Source: a virus. From it: 64,000 nt of DNA. This document shows, in pieces, positions 28,403-38,514 of this stretch. Position numbers and translations under genes: made by a program. The DNA is taken from the IMG/VR virus record IMGVR_UViG_3300005613_004097, positions 1 through 64,000 of that record; one strand, 5' to 3'. The first letter of the stretch is position 1. Each line of letters begins with the position of its first letter. Below the pieces are notes generated by a model. That model searched no databases. It was given only the letters and a program-made list of their open reading frames with translations, and was not told where the DNA came from.

Positions 28403-29743
28403 TTACTGAAAACTTTTTTTCAATTCTTTGAGATCTGTCATATACATTTGCTGTTCCGTGATTTTTTTTATCTCGATTAAATCTTTGCTCACCTCTTTTC
28501 TTTTCTGCTCCAATTCTTCTATTTTTTCTTTCGTGAGTGAATTGATCGGCATTCTCAGTAAGTAATCATATGATCCTTCTGATTTTTCTATCTTGTTCTT
28601 TTCGATACTTATAATTATGTCTTTTGTCTTTTTGTTGTTGATGATTATTTTTCCCTTCACAACGAGTTGAATGAACTTGATCTTCATTTCGAGTATCTTG
28701 TCCTTGGTTTCGAGTTGGTTTAATATTCTTGTTTTTCTTTTTTTATACCATTCGAGTCTGAATTTCACAAAATATTCTATCATATCTTTTGTGTGTTCGA
28801 ATATTTTCAATTTGCCTGTTTCATCCAATGTATTGTAGATTTCTGTTTCATGGTCTTTCAGTTTGAATGTCTTGATGATATCTTCATCATCCATTTCTGA
28901 TAATTGTTTTCTTGTGAGTTTTATCACATATTCTATGTTGTCTTTACAATTGTCATCGTATGATGTTATCGTCTTATTATCGATCAATTTGTCGAGATGT
29001 TCTTCATATTTCTCGTAGGTCATTGAAGGTGGAAGTTCAGTTATCTTCAAAGTTGTAGTATTGACCTTTTCATATTTTCCCAATATTATCCATCTTTTAT
29101 GATTGATTTCATCTTGAATGAATTCCCCATGAAATGAATTCAATTTGGGCCTTATATCATTTGCTTTTCCAGTTTTCAGACATCTTATACATTCATTTAT
29201 CACATCAATAACATCTCTGTTAAGTATGTTCGATGAGAATCCTACGGCAATTCCACTTCCACCATTTATTAGTATGGTTGGTATGATAGGTAGGTAAAAA
29301 TGTGGTTCTATTTTTTCACCTTCTTCAATTTTGTTCACGAGTAATTCTTGATCCTTGTATATCGATCTGAAATTCTCACTCAATTTTGTTCCAATGTATC
29401 TTGGTGCGCCAGCTTCTGGTGATCTCAGTGAACCGAACTGTCCATCCTGTTCCAACAGGGGAGCATTGTTTTTAAAGTCCTGTGCCATGTTTATTATCGC
29501 ATTCGAAAGGCTCATGTCACCATGATGATAGTAAGAATCGGATGCAACTTTACCGGAAAGTTGAAAGACCTTCAATGTTTTTTCCTTACCGGTTCTCCAT
29601 TGTTTGTCTGCAACAAAAATGATCTTTCTTTGTACTGGTTTGAATCCATCTATCAATGATGCGATTGCTCTGTTCTCGATCGAATATATTGCATATTCTT
29701 TATATTCTTCTGAAAGAAACTCTTCAATTTTTTTTGTATCCAT
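28403..29743 (-). CDS. type II topoisomerase, GyrA/ParC-like subunit (T4 gp52-like)
   Basis: 'RAIASLIDGFKPVQRK', 'YHHGD', 'GQFGS', active-site 'PRYI'; start MDTKK gives 446 aa. Confidence 0.93.
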   Translation of the reverse strand: MDTKKIEEFLSEEYKEYAIYSIENRAIASLIDGFKPVQRKIIFVADKQWRTGKEKTLKVFQLSGKVASDSYYHHGDMSLSNAIINMAQDFKNNAPLLEQDGQFGSLRSPEAGAPRYIGTKLSENFRSIYKDQELLVNKIEEGEKIEPHFYLPIIPTILINGGSGIAVGFSSNILNRDVIDVINECIRCLKTGKANDIRPKLNSFHGEFIQDEINHKRWIILGKYEKVNTTTLKITELPPSMTYEKYEEHLDKLIDNKTITSYDDNCKDNIEYVIKLTRKQLSEMDDEDIIKTFKLKDHETEIYNTLDETGKLKIFEHTKDMIEYFVKFRLEWYKKRKTRILNQLETKDKILEMKIKFIQLVVKGKIIINNKKTKDIIISIEKNKIEKSEGSYDYLLRMPINSLTKEKIEELEQKRKEVSKDLIEIKKITEQQMYMTDLKELKKSFQ

Positions 29744-29778
29744 GATATCACTATATATATGTAAAAGATTTTTCGCGA

Positions 29779-31629
29779 ATGGCAAAAAGGAAAAAAACGA
29801 TCGAGGAAGAATATGTGTCATTGGATCAGATATCACATGTTCTTTTAAGACCACAGACATATCTTGGGTCAAATAAGAAGCATACTTCATCGAAATGGGT
29901 CATCAATAAGAATAAAATGATATTGAAAGAGGTTACTTTCATACCATCTTTTATGAAGATATTTGATGAGATCATAACCAACTCAGTTGATGAACATAAA
30001 AGAAACCCTAAATTGAACTCAATTCAAGTTGAGATTGACCAAAAACAAAACAAGATCACCATAAAGGATAATGGTGGAATACCAGTTGTAATTCACAAGA
30101 AATATAAAAAGTATGTTCCTGAAGTGATATTCGGTGATCTCATGTCAGGTTCAAATTATGATGATACACAGGATAGGAATGTTGCCGGATTGAATGGATT
30201 GGGTGCTAAATTGACCAATATTTTCTCCACCAGTTTTTCAATTTCAACATGTGATGGTAAAAAGTCATTTGAACAGACATTCACTGAGAATATGAGAAAA
30301 CGAACAAAGCCTCAGGTAAAGGCCAAAAAGACAAGACAGACACAGATAACTTATCAGCCGGATCTTTCTCAGTTCGGTATGAAATCGATAGATAATGATC
30401 ATTTTCTTCTTTTACAGAAAAGATGTTATGAGATCGCAGCTTGTAATCCTAAATTGCAAGTTACCTTCAATGATCAAAAGATAACGAACAATGACTTCAA
30501 TGATTATGTTAGACTTTATGTTGATGATTTCATAAGTGATTCTTCAAAGGATTGGCAAATTTCTGTTTCTAGAAGTGAATCCGGATTTCAACAGATAAGT
30601 TATGTGAATTCAACTGAAACATATGATGGTGGTACTCATATTGATTATATTATGAATCAGATCATTTCTGAACTCAGAGCGTATTTCAAACGATCACACA
30701 AAGTAGATGTAAAGCCATCAGACATAAAAAACCATATGACCATTTTTCTGAACTGTACCGTTATAAACCCTTACTTTTCTTCACAGACAAAGGAAAAATT
30801 GATATCAGAGCAGAAAGATTTCAAAACATCCCATGTCATAAGTAAGAAATTCATACAATCTTTGATAAAGTCGGACATTATTTCTGATATACTTGATTGG
30901 ATCGCTCAAAAAAAACTGGCAGAAGAAAAAAGAAAGGAAAGAAAACTGAACAAGAATCTTTCCAATATAAAGGTTCAAAAACTGATCGATGCCAAAAGCA
31001 AAACAAGATGGAAGTGTTCGATCGGTATCTTTGAGGGGGATTCAGCCATTTCTGCCTATAGAAAATATAGAACCCCTGATACGATGGGAGCTTTTGCACT
31101 CAAAGGAAAGTTTATGAATGTTACGGATATTTCCTCTGACAGATTCATGAACAATAAGGAGGTCGTGAATCTGATGGCGTCGATCGGATTGAAGCTTGGT
31201 GTGAAGGCAAATTTAAAGGACCTCAGATATGGGAGAATACTGATATACACCGATGCAGATGTTGATGGTAATTCAATATCAGGTTTGCTCATCAACTTTT
31301 TTTACAGATATTGGCCAGAGTTATTTGAAATGGGTATGATATATAAAGTTGATACTCCGATAGTGGTTGCTATCAATAAAAAGAAAAGATCTGACCAACG
31401 GCTCTTTTATAACAATGATGAATATGTAAAATGGTCAAATAGAACCAATACATCAAATTGGGAGATAAAATATAAAAAAGGATTGGCTGCACTTGTTGAT
31501 GATGAATATAGAAAAATAATTCAAGATCCAAAGTTGGTCAAGATAGAATCATCCAAAACATCCGAACAATACCTTGATATATGGTTCGGAAAGGATTCTG
31601 AGAAAAGAAAAGAGGAAATTATGAAATAA
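29779..31629 (+). CDS. type II topoisomerase, GyrB/ParE-like subunit (T4 gp39+60-like)
   Basis: 'HVLLRPQTYLGS', 'EIITNSVD', 'GLNGLGAKLTN', 'EGDSA', 'TDADVDG', 'YKKGL'. Confidence 0.95.
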   Translation: MAKRKKTIEEEYVSLDQISHVLLRPQTYLGSNKKHTSSKWVINKNKMILKEVTFIPSFMKIFDEIITNSVDEHKRNPKLNSIQVEIDQKQNKITIKDNGGIPVVIHKKYKKYVPEVIFGDLMSGSNYDDTQDRNVAGLNGLGAKLTNIFSTSFSISTCDGKKSFEQTFTENMRKRTKPQVKAKKTRQTQITYQPDLSQFGMKSIDNDHFLLLQKRCYEIAACNPKLQVTFNDQKITNNDFNDYVRLYVDDFISDSSKDWQISVSRSESGFQQISYVNSTETYDGGTHIDYIMNQIISELRAYFKRSHKVDVKPSDIKNHMTIFLNCTVINPYFSSQTKEKLISEQKDFKTSHVISKKFIQSLIKSDIISDILDWIAQKKLAEEKRKERKLNKNLSNIKVQKLIDAKSKTRWKCSIGIFEGDSAISAYRKYRTPDTMGAFALKGKFMNVTDISSDRFMNNKEVVNLMASIGLKLGVKANLKDLRYGRILIYTDADVDGNSISGLLINFFYRYWPELFEMGMIYKVDTPIVVAINKKKRSDQRLFYNNDEYVKWSNRTNTSNWEIKYKKGLAALVDDEYRKIIQDPKLVKIESSKTSEQYLDIWFGKDSEKRKEEIMK

Positions 31630-31647
31630 TTCCATATCTTTGTTTTT

Positions 31648-31962
31648 ATGTGCACTCGAGACCGAAATTGGAGAAGGTATCAAAAAAAGTTACACATAAG
31701 AAAAAAATTAAAGAAATTCAATAAATATGGATATTATTTTTCTTATGATGTGAATGACATTCGTATGCAAACTTCTTTGTGGTGTGAAAATTGGAACAAA
31801 AAATATTTTTTTCACAACTACTATGAGAGAAGTAGATTTTCCAGTAATAAACCAAGTAAATACAGAGATAAGAAAAAATCATGTCGTGGAAGATCCTGGT
31901 CTTTAAGGGAAAAGGATAAACTCATTGCAAAAAAAGAGATAGAAGAATCATTATATGGTTGA
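31648..31962 (+). CDS. basic hypothetical protein
   Basis: 104 aa; promoter motif TATCTTTG at 31635-31642. Confidence 0.6.
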   Translation: MCTRDRNWRRYQKKLHIRKKLKKFNKYGYYFSYDVNDIRMQTSLWCENWNKKYFFHNYYERSRFSSNKPSKYRDKKKSCRGRSWSLREKDKLIAKKEIEESLYG

Positions 31963-32509
31963 TTGGTCAACAAGATATCAGGATATTACACAATATCACA
32001 CAAAGGGTGGTATTGTACATTTTGATATGCAAGTATTCAAGATTCCTGTGTTCAGGATCGAGAATGGTCGAGTATATCTCAACTTTGATCTTCGTTATGA
32101 GAATCAATTTTTTAAAGAATTAAGATATCTTTTGAAAAATAATGTTGATCTATTTCTTGTTTCAAGGAATCATTTCATACCGAGGAAAAGAAATCCAGAC
32201 CACTGGATAAGTAATTCGAATGGGGTAGATGAGGATATCAGAAATTTTTTACACAATTATGCTCAAAGCTCAGTAAATAAAAAATTCAAAAAATATGATA
32301 TAGATGCAATTGAACTGCTAATAAAATATGTTGACAGTGAGAATGCATTTGAAACACTATCTGAGGAATATACGAAAATAAATAAACAAATACAGACCGA
32401 ACAATATGATTGGTTCCAATCAAGAAAATATTTCGATCATGATAGGTCGGTTCGTGAAGAGTATGATGGACTTTTACGAAGAATAAAATTAAAGAGGATA
32501 TTGTTATGA
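31955..32509 (+). CDS. hypothetical protein
   Basis: 184 aa, ends LRRIKLKRILL. Confidence 0.65.
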   Translation: MVDWSTRYQDITQYHTKGGIVHFDMQVFKIPVFRIENGRVYLNFDLRYENQFFKELRYLLKNNVDLFLVSRNHFIPRKRNPDHWISNSNGVDEDIRNFLHNYAQSSVNKKFKKYDIDAIELLIKYVDSENAFETLSEEYTKINKQIQTEQYDWFQSRKYFDHDRSVREEYDGLLRRIKLKRILL

Positions 32510-33384
32510 AATGGACAAGTGAATTTGTAGGCCTCTTCGAGGATTCGAAAAAATATAAAAGGAAGTTGAAAATATCAAATATTCTCGATAAGAATGATAT
32601 GCCGAATGGTAGTCCTTTTTTTCAAGGAAAAAAATTAAGGTGCGTCACTGATAAAGATTTCAGGTATACCGAAGATGAGATCGATTTCAAACTGAAACTT
32701 GCAAAGGACTGTATGATGTATTTCCATGAAATTTTTAAAGTCCGTAATGGTAACAATAATCTTACATTGAGAACTGATCAAAAAAAGTTTATTGAAATGC
32801 TTTACAATAACAGGTTCAATATGTTAGTCACTGCACGCCAATTTGGTAGCAGTACATTGATGGATTTTTTTATCATATTGAATATTTTAGAAGGAAGATC
32901 TGTGAGTCTGTTTACGATACATGGTGATAGGGTAGAAAAATTATTGAAAAAAATATCACTGATGCCATATTATCTTCAGCCGGTGTTAAGACATTTCGAT
33001 GATTCCATTATTGAATTCAGAACTGATGCATCGATTCGTATCAATGATATTAACAATTTATTGGATGTTTGTATAATTGACGATATGGCCTATATCAATG
33101 ATGAAAACTCTATATATGATCGGGTGCTGTCACATTGTATTTCAACTACTGCATCCATGTCAGTAATATCAACACCTCAAATGGGTTCATATTTCAATGA
33201 GATATATCAGAAAAAAAGTCCTTTATTTGTTCATAAGAAATTCGCAATGATACCTAAATTCTATCATAAAAGTGGATTGAGTAGGTACAGTTATGAGCAA
33301 GAGTATAATTGTGTCATGGATGAAAAATTACTGAAAAAATATAAGAGACAGGATCTGATCGGTAAAATCACTGGTGATCCATAA
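32506..33384 (+). CDS. degenerate terminase-large-subunit-like ATPase domain
   Basis: 'NRFNMLVTARQFGSST', 'MPYYLQP', 'IIDDMAYI', 'ISTP', 'YEQEYNC'; no nuclease domain. Confidence 0.65.
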   Translation: MKWTSEFVGLFEDSKKYKRKLKISNILDKNDMPNGSPFFQGKKLRCVTDKDFRYTEDEIDFKLKLAKDCMMYFHEIFKVRNGNNNLTLRTDQKKFIEMLYNNRFNMLVTARQFGSSTLMDFFIILNILEGRSVSLFTIHGDRVEKLLKKISLMPYYLQPVLRHFDDSIIEFRTDASIRINDINNLLDVCIIDDMAYINDENSIYDRVLSHCISTTASMSVISTPQMGSYFNEIYQKKSPLFVHKKFAMIPKFYHKSGLSRYSYEQEYNCVMDEKLLKKYKRQDLIGKITGDP

Positions 33385-33431
33385 ACAAATGAATGTCAAT
33401 GAGTTATAATAATTAAAATAACTCAAATGAT

Positions 33432-34412
33432 ATGTTATTGAATTTAATATTAGATGGTAATTACCTACTTTCAAAATTGGTATTTACACTTCACAAGAAC
33501 AACCTATTATATGGTGCTTTAGAACAAGCGCTCGAAAAATCAATTGAAAACTACAAGAAAATGTATCCGTTTCACAGGATATATCTCGTCTCAGACTCGA
33601 AACAATTGTCTTGGAGGAAAAAATTGAATAAAAAATACAAATCAACCAGAAAGAAGGATTCTGATATAGATTGGAAATTCGTTTATGATACTTATGATTC
33701 ATTCAAAGAATCCAGAAGCTACATCACTGTGCTTGAGTCCTCAGGAATAGAAGGTGACGATTGGATAGCACTTTTATGTGAAAAAACAAATGCAAAAAAC
33801 GAATCAAACTTCATAGTTACAAATGACCATGATATAAAACAACTTGTCAGGTTGAACACTGATGATGAATGGTTGAATTTCATGTCAAATGAAATGTATA
33901 ATAACAAGAATGTTTTCATGCCGAAAAATTACAGGATACTTGTAAGTAAGATAAAGCAAAGACCAAATGATGATATTTTCAATCTTAACAATGATACAGA
34001 ATTCATTGAACTTATAGAAACCTTATCCAAGAAATATAACATGAAGGAAATTGATTGGCAAGAATCTTTAGTCATCAAGTTGATTTCTGGTGATAGGTCT
34101 GATAATGTAAAGTCTGTTTACCTCAACCGCATGAAGAATGGAAAGCTAAGAGGTATCGGGGAAAAGGGTGCTGAAAAGATATATGAGAATTATCAGAGTG
34201 AGTTCGGTCAGATAGATATCAACGATCCCGACATGGGTGAGAATATCGGTGATATCATATGTGAAATGAAAAAATTATCAAAGACAAAGATACAGGACAT
34301 TTCCAAGAGGGTTGCTCAAAATAGAAAGATAATTGAACTTAAAACAGCATATTTTCCTGAGGAAATACGCGAAACTCTCGAAAAAAAATGGAAAGAGATA
34401 AATGAGATTTGA
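33432..34412 (+). CDS. 5'-3' exonuclease / T4 RNase H-like (FEN family)
   Basis: 'ILDGNY', 'SWRKK...YKSTR', 'IEGDDWI', 'TNDHDIKQL', 'GDRSDNV', 'GIGEKGA'. Confidence 0.85.
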   Translation: MLLNLILDGNYLLSKLVFTLHKNNLLYGALEQALEKSIENYKKMYPFHRIYLVSDSKQLSWRKKLNKKYKSTRKKDSDIDWKFVYDTYDSFKESRSYITVLESSGIEGDDWIALLCEKTNAKNESNFIVTNDHDIKQLVRLNTDDEWLNFMSNEMYNNKNVFMPKNYRILVSKIKQRPNDDIFNLNNDTEFIELIETLSKKYNMKEIDWQESLVIKLISGDRSDNVKSVYLNRMKNGKLRGIGEKGAEKIYENYQSEFGQIDINDPDMGENIGDIICEMKKLSKTKIQDISKRVAQNRKIIELKTAYFPEEIRETLEKKWKEINEI

Positions 34413-34731
34413 TATATGGGATTCATATGTGGACTCTGTTTTGAATGTACAAAACCCTGTTTTAAAAAAACATTTGGTCCGGTATTTGAATGTCAGTCAA
34501 GTGACTGACTCTTTGAAGGAGACACTTATCGATGTTTGTGATAAAATTGATAAACTAAAGGAAAACGAGACAAAGAAAGGATCTGAATTACACATCGTGT
34601 GTAAGGATGCACCATTGAACTTTGATTGTTTTCTGACCTATGACCAACTTTTTGAAATAATCCCCATAGAATATTTTGAAAAGTATGAAAAATCACTTCT
34701 AAGGAAATGGAAACTCAATAAGTTATTATGA
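34402..34731 (+). CDS. hypothetical protein
   Basis: 109 aa, ends LRKWKLNKLL. Confidence 0.6.
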   Translation: MRFDIWDSYVDSVLNVQNPVLKKHLVRYLNVSQVTDSLKETLIDVCDKIDKLKENETKKGSELHIVCKDAPLNFDCFLTYDQLFEIIPIEYFEKYEKSLLRKWKLNKLL

Positions 34732-35120
34732 ATCTTCTTGAAATAACAAATATAATGTTCAAAGACCGTGAAAAGTGGTCAACTGTAACTGCACAGGATA
34801 AGATCAAGAATTCCTTTATAATAAACAGATTCTTTGCAAAGAAAGAACCAGAACTAGCACAGTCCTTGAACTTCAAGGATTCTGATCCGGTAGTTGTGAT
34901 GGATACATGGTTCCATTACATGCAAAATAAACCTTATCCAAGATGGTTCTGGTCGAAATCAAAAAAAAAGACCGACAAGTTGACCAATGAGGATAAGTTG
35001 ATGATGGAAGAATTTTCTTTGGATAGAATGAGTATGGATTTTTTAAAGGAGAATTTCGAACAAGAATATAAACAAGAACTAAAATTAATAAAAACAAGAT
35101 TAAAAAATGGAAAAAAATAA
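34728..35120 (+). CDS. hypothetical protein, possibly clamp-loader small-subunit-like
   Basis: 'FIINRFFA..A..LN' and 'RWFW.K' resemble T4 gp62-like proteins; weak. Confidence 0.45.
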   Translation: MNLLEITNIMFKDREKWSTVTAQDKIKNSFIINRFFAKKEPELAQSLNFKDSDPVVVMDTWFHYMQNKPYPRWFWSKSKKKTDKLTNEDKLMMEEFSLDRMSMDFLKENFEQEYKQELKLIKTRLKNGKK

Positions 35121-35649
35121 GATGAATTGGTATGTGATAAAAGTTCAGAACAACAGAGAGAAAAAAGTATTGCAGAAAATAATCGAGCAACTTGAATCTG
35201 ATGAACTTTCACATGTTATCGGAGAATCTATCGTGCCTGTAGAGAAACACGTCACTATGAAGAATGGGAAAAAACAATTCAAAGATAAAGTTGTTTACCC
35301 TGGATACATTTTCTTGGAGACAAATGCGATTGGTGAGATCAATAATGTGATCAGACAGACCGATGGTGCAGGTGGTTTCGTAAAGCAACGAGATGGATCT
35401 ATCATACCTATGAGAACTCGTGAAGTTGAGAAATTGTTCAAGGACCAGCAGAAAGAAGACGATATCGATATAACAAAGCTGTTCGTATCTGGTGAAGAGG
35501 TCAAGGTGATTGATGGAGCATTTGCTTCTTTCAAAGGAAGTATCAAAGAAATAAATGCTGATAAACAAAGATTGAAGGTAGAGATCGCCATTTTCAATAG
35601 AATGACAGATATTGACCTTGATTTTGCACAGGTTGAGAAATTAAGTTAA
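35107..35649 (+). CDS. nusG: transcription antitermination factor NusG
   Basis: 'WYVIKVQNNREKKV', 'YPGYIF', KOW 'GEEVKVIDGAFASFKG', 'LDFAQVEK'. Confidence 0.92.
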   Translation: MEKNKMNWYVIKVQNNREKKVLQKIIEQLESDELSHVIGESIVPVEKHVTMKNGKKQFKDKVVYPGYIFLETNAIGEINNVIRQTDGAGGFVKQRDGSIIPMRTREVEKLFKDQQKEDDIDITKLFVSGEEVKVIDGAFASFKGSIKEINADKQRLKVEIAIFNRMTDIDLDFAQVEKLS

Positions 35650-35650
35650 G

Positions 35651-36406
35651 ATGGGCCTAAAAAAGACGGTAAGTAAGGACAGGAAAATATACGGCCAGTT
35701 CAAGGTTTATTCACCTGATGATGTTCTGATGTTCCATTGTGGTAAGAAAAAGGTAGATTGGTATCTTAAAAGAGATCTTGCTGAAAAGATAGCTCACAAT
35801 GTTATAAGATTGACATTTCAACCGAAAGGTTATGGCAATCATAATGATGAGTTCGGACTGACGAATATGGAAAACAGGTGTGTGAATTGTGGTGATCGGG
35901 AACACTTGACACGACATCACATTGTTCCTTATTGCTATAGACGACATTTTCCTCTTGAAATGAAGTCGCATGATTTCCATGACATAGTTGCCATGTGCGC
36001 TTCGTGTCACGAATCATATGAGAAGTTGGCATTTCAACTTAAAACCGAATTGTCTGAAACATACAATATCTCACTCAATGGAACGAGAGAATTTGATAGA
36101 GATACTTTCAATATGCAAAAGAAACTTTTTGCACTTCAACTTGATAATGTGCCTCAAAGTAGGAGAGATCAATTGAAAACTGAAATAAAACAACATTTCG
36201 GTTGGAAAAGATTGACAAAGAAAAGAATCGAGTGGTTGGAGAACAAAACGGTAAGGAAGCAAATAAAAACACATGGTGAACTATTGGTTGAGAAATTGGA
36301 AGACTTTGATGAATTCATCATATTGTGGAGGAAACATTTTTTAAGAAACAATAATCTTGAATTCCTACCTGAAACTTGGTCTGTGGATTATAAAAAAATA
36401 AAATAG
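35651..36406 (+). CDS. HNH-like zinc-binding protein resembling the EXD2 C-terminal region
   Basis: 'YSPDDVLMFHCGKKKVDWYL', 'NRCVNCG', 'TRHHIVPYCYRRHFP..MKSH..HDIVAMCASCH'. Confidence 0.7.
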   Translation: MGLKKTVSKDRKIYGQFKVYSPDDVLMFHCGKKKVDWYLKRDLAEKIAHNVIRLTFQPKGYGNHNDEFGLTNMENRCVNCGDREHLTRHHIVPYCYRRHFPLEMKSHDFHDIVAMCASCHESYEKLAFQLKTELSETYNISLNGTREFDRDTFNMQKKLFALQLDNVPQSRRDQLKTEIKQHFGWKRLTKKRIEWLENKTVRKQIKTHGELLVEKLEDFDEFIILWRKHFLRNNNLEFLPETWSVDYKKIK

Positions 36407-36409
36407 AAT

Positions 36410-36853
36410 ATGGAATTGATCACAACAAAAACAGCACTTGCTTCTGATATGGGTGTGTCAGGAAATCTGTTCGGTGGTGTCATGCTTTCTTGGCTTGACC
36501 TGAGCGGCGCGGCATACGCATCTCAAGTATGTGATTCACCGAGATTGGTAACGGTGAAATTCGAAGAGGTCATATTTGAAAGACCTGTCAAAATAGGAAA
36601 TCTCATAAAAATATATGCAGATGTCGTTAGATTTGGGAAAACTTCGATAACCATAAAAATAGAAGCCAGAAAACACAATGTAGAGACAGGCACTCAGCAA
36701 TGTGTGACCAAAACAATTGCCGTATTTGTGAAGATAAATGAGGATGGTGATCCTATACCTATACATGAGAATTTAAAGAATAGGTATCAGGAGAGAAAGG
36801 AAAAATACGGAAGAGCACTTCTGACACCGGAAGAATTCGATTGTCAAGTTTAA
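36410..36853 (+). CDS. hotdog-fold acyl-CoA thioesterase (YciA-like)
   Basis: 'GNLFGGVMLSWLD', 'FERPVKIG', 'GKTSITI', 'FVKINEDGDP'. Confidence 0.85.
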   Translation: MELITTKTALASDMGVSGNLFGGVMLSWLDLSGAAYASQVCDSPRLVTVKFEEVIFERPVKIGNLIKIYADVVRFGKTSITIKIEARKHNVETGTQQCVTKTIAVFVKINEDGDPIPIHENLKNRYQERKEKYGRALLTPEEFDCQV

Positions 36854-36956
36854 TATATAGGTGTAAGGTATATACCAGAGTTGGGTATGTGATATTGGTC
36901 GGTATGTGCCTCAAAAAACAGAATGAATATGGAAGAGTGTTCCAGTGAACTGACAG

Positions 36957-37181
36957 ATGAAGATAGTAAAAAAAAGATTGGCAGATATTTTTCTATTCGC
37001 CGCGGCATTTTTCAATCCGTTCGGGTTCGATGCTGCTCAGATGTTGCTGATCAAATTTTTAGGATCTTTGTGGAAGGCCAATCTGGCTTTGTATTTCCTT
37101 TCGGCACTTTGCTTTGGATTTTATATTGTATTCTCTAAGACAGATCCATTTGATGTCATAAAAAAACTAAGAAAGAAATGA
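36957..37181 (+). CDS. small two-TM membrane protein
   Basis: Two hydrophobic segments, 'FFNPFGFD', basic tail; ATGA overlap. Confidence 0.65.
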   Translation: MKIVKKRLADIFLFAAAFFNPFGFDAAQMLLIKFLGSLWKANLALYFLSALCFGFYIVFSKTDPFDVIKKLRKK

Positions 37182-37726
37182 TAAAGAAATTCAGTCAATA
37201 TAACGAAAACTTTCAGGATACACCTGAGGAGTATATCAAAACTGCCTTGATGAAGATAAAAAACAAGATAGATGGATTTTTCGAAAAGGAGCCAGAGCGA
37301 GATCCAAATGAGGTGATATCAATGAGTCAGGCGATCGAACAGGGAAAGAAAAAATCAAAGAAGGATAAGAACATGTCACTTTCTGATATGGGGTTGAGTA
37401 TCGAGTCGTCAGAACTCAGTAAATACTCTGCTCTTTATGATAATGTTACTTTCAAGTTCTCTGATCCTGAGTTCTGGTATAATCTTTACATTACTATCCC
37501 ACTGAATTACATTGAGATGGACAAGGAATCTGATTTTTCAGATACTGATATAGAAGAATGTTCGATAAAATTCAAAAAATACAATTACGAGAACAATATC
37601 ATCGGACAGTTAGGTCCGAGAAAGGTCAAGATAGAAGATATTGATGAGACATTTTTGGTCGATCTTAAAATTGAATTGGACGAGGATTTTCCGAGTGAAG
37701 AGGAAGAATTTGAAATAGAGACCTGA
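37178..37726 (+). CDS. hypothetical protein
   Basis: 182 aa, N-terminus MIKKFSQYNEN. Confidence 0.7.
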   Translation: MIKKFSQYNENFQDTPEEYIKTALMKIKNKIDGFFEKEPERDPNEVISMSQAIEQGKKKSKKDKNMSLSDMGLSIESSELSKYSALYDNVTFKFSDPEFWYNLYITIPLNYIEMDKESDFSDTDIEECSIKFKKYNYENNIIGQLGPRKVKIEDIDETFLVDLKIELDEDFPSEEEEFEIET

Positions 37727-37746
37727 TCCTTTGTGATATATATTTC

Positions 37747-38232
37747 ATGTCGTTCAATGTAGTAACTAATATGAGGGTGATGCAGGATATCAAGAAATCG
37801 CCATATTTTAAACCCAATTTAGGAATGGTGGCCACCATTGACAAAGCTGGTGATAGAATCTATAATGAAAGAGATAAATTCGCTTTCTTCTATAATAATC
37901 GATATAGGACAACTATTTATGGACAAGGAAACTTAGGGGATATCATGTTCTATGTGGATCATTACATCCGTGATAACCAACTTGCTTTTTACAAAGAACA
38001 GGAAGAATTTATTTTTGACCATGATCCTAAGATGATCGAAGAGAAGGGTATAAATTTCTTTTTAGGTGATATCTTAAAAAGGATCGATGAAAAATATAAA
38101 GAGCGAGTTCAACAGGCAGAGGATAAGAAAATAGAGATACCGAAATCAGATCCTAATAAGATAATTCAAAATCCAGGTGCAGTTTCATATGAGGATCTTA
38201 AGGCTTATTTGCAAAGCAAGAACAAGTTATAA
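37747..38232 (+). CDS. hypothetical protein
   Basis: 161-aa ORF. Confidence 0.7.
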   Translation: MSFNVVTNMRVMQDIKKSPYFKPNLGMVATIDKAGDRIYNERDKFAFFYNNRYRTTIYGQGNLGDIMFYVDHYIRDNQLAFYKEQEEFIFDHDPKMIEEKGINFFLGDILKRIDEKYKERVQQAEDKKIEIPKSDPNKIIQNPGAVSYEDLKAYLQSKNKL

Positions 38233-38463
38233 TGAGCACATTCTTAAAAGATGATCGTGTATCTTGATCTTTGTGTATTCGTCAATATCCTCAAAGTAAT
38301 AAGGTATGTCAAGGTCATCATCAAACTCGTGTAGAATAATGTGGTCAGTTTCCCTATCCCATTCTATGGTGTCAAAACAATAATCATTCACATTCATTTT
38401 CAGAATTATCTCATTGTGTGTGATGCCCAATAGTTTGATATATGTTCGTATATTTTTTTCCAT
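38227..38463 (-). CDS. hypothetical protein
   Basis: 78-aa ORF filling the gap. Confidence 0.5.
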   Translation of the reverse strand: MEKNIRTYIKLLGITHNEIILKMNVNDYCFDTIEWDRETDHIILHEFDDDLDIPYYFEDIDEYTKIKIHDHLLRMCSL

Positions 38464-38514
38464 ATTACACTCATTTATATTGAAATTTCAGATAAAAGTT
38501 ATTATATTTGTACC

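Noticed and set aside
29744-29890. 49-aa N-terminal extension of the gp52-like ORF
   Set aside because: It overlaps the divergent topoisomerase gene; homology-like sequence begins at MDTKK (29743).
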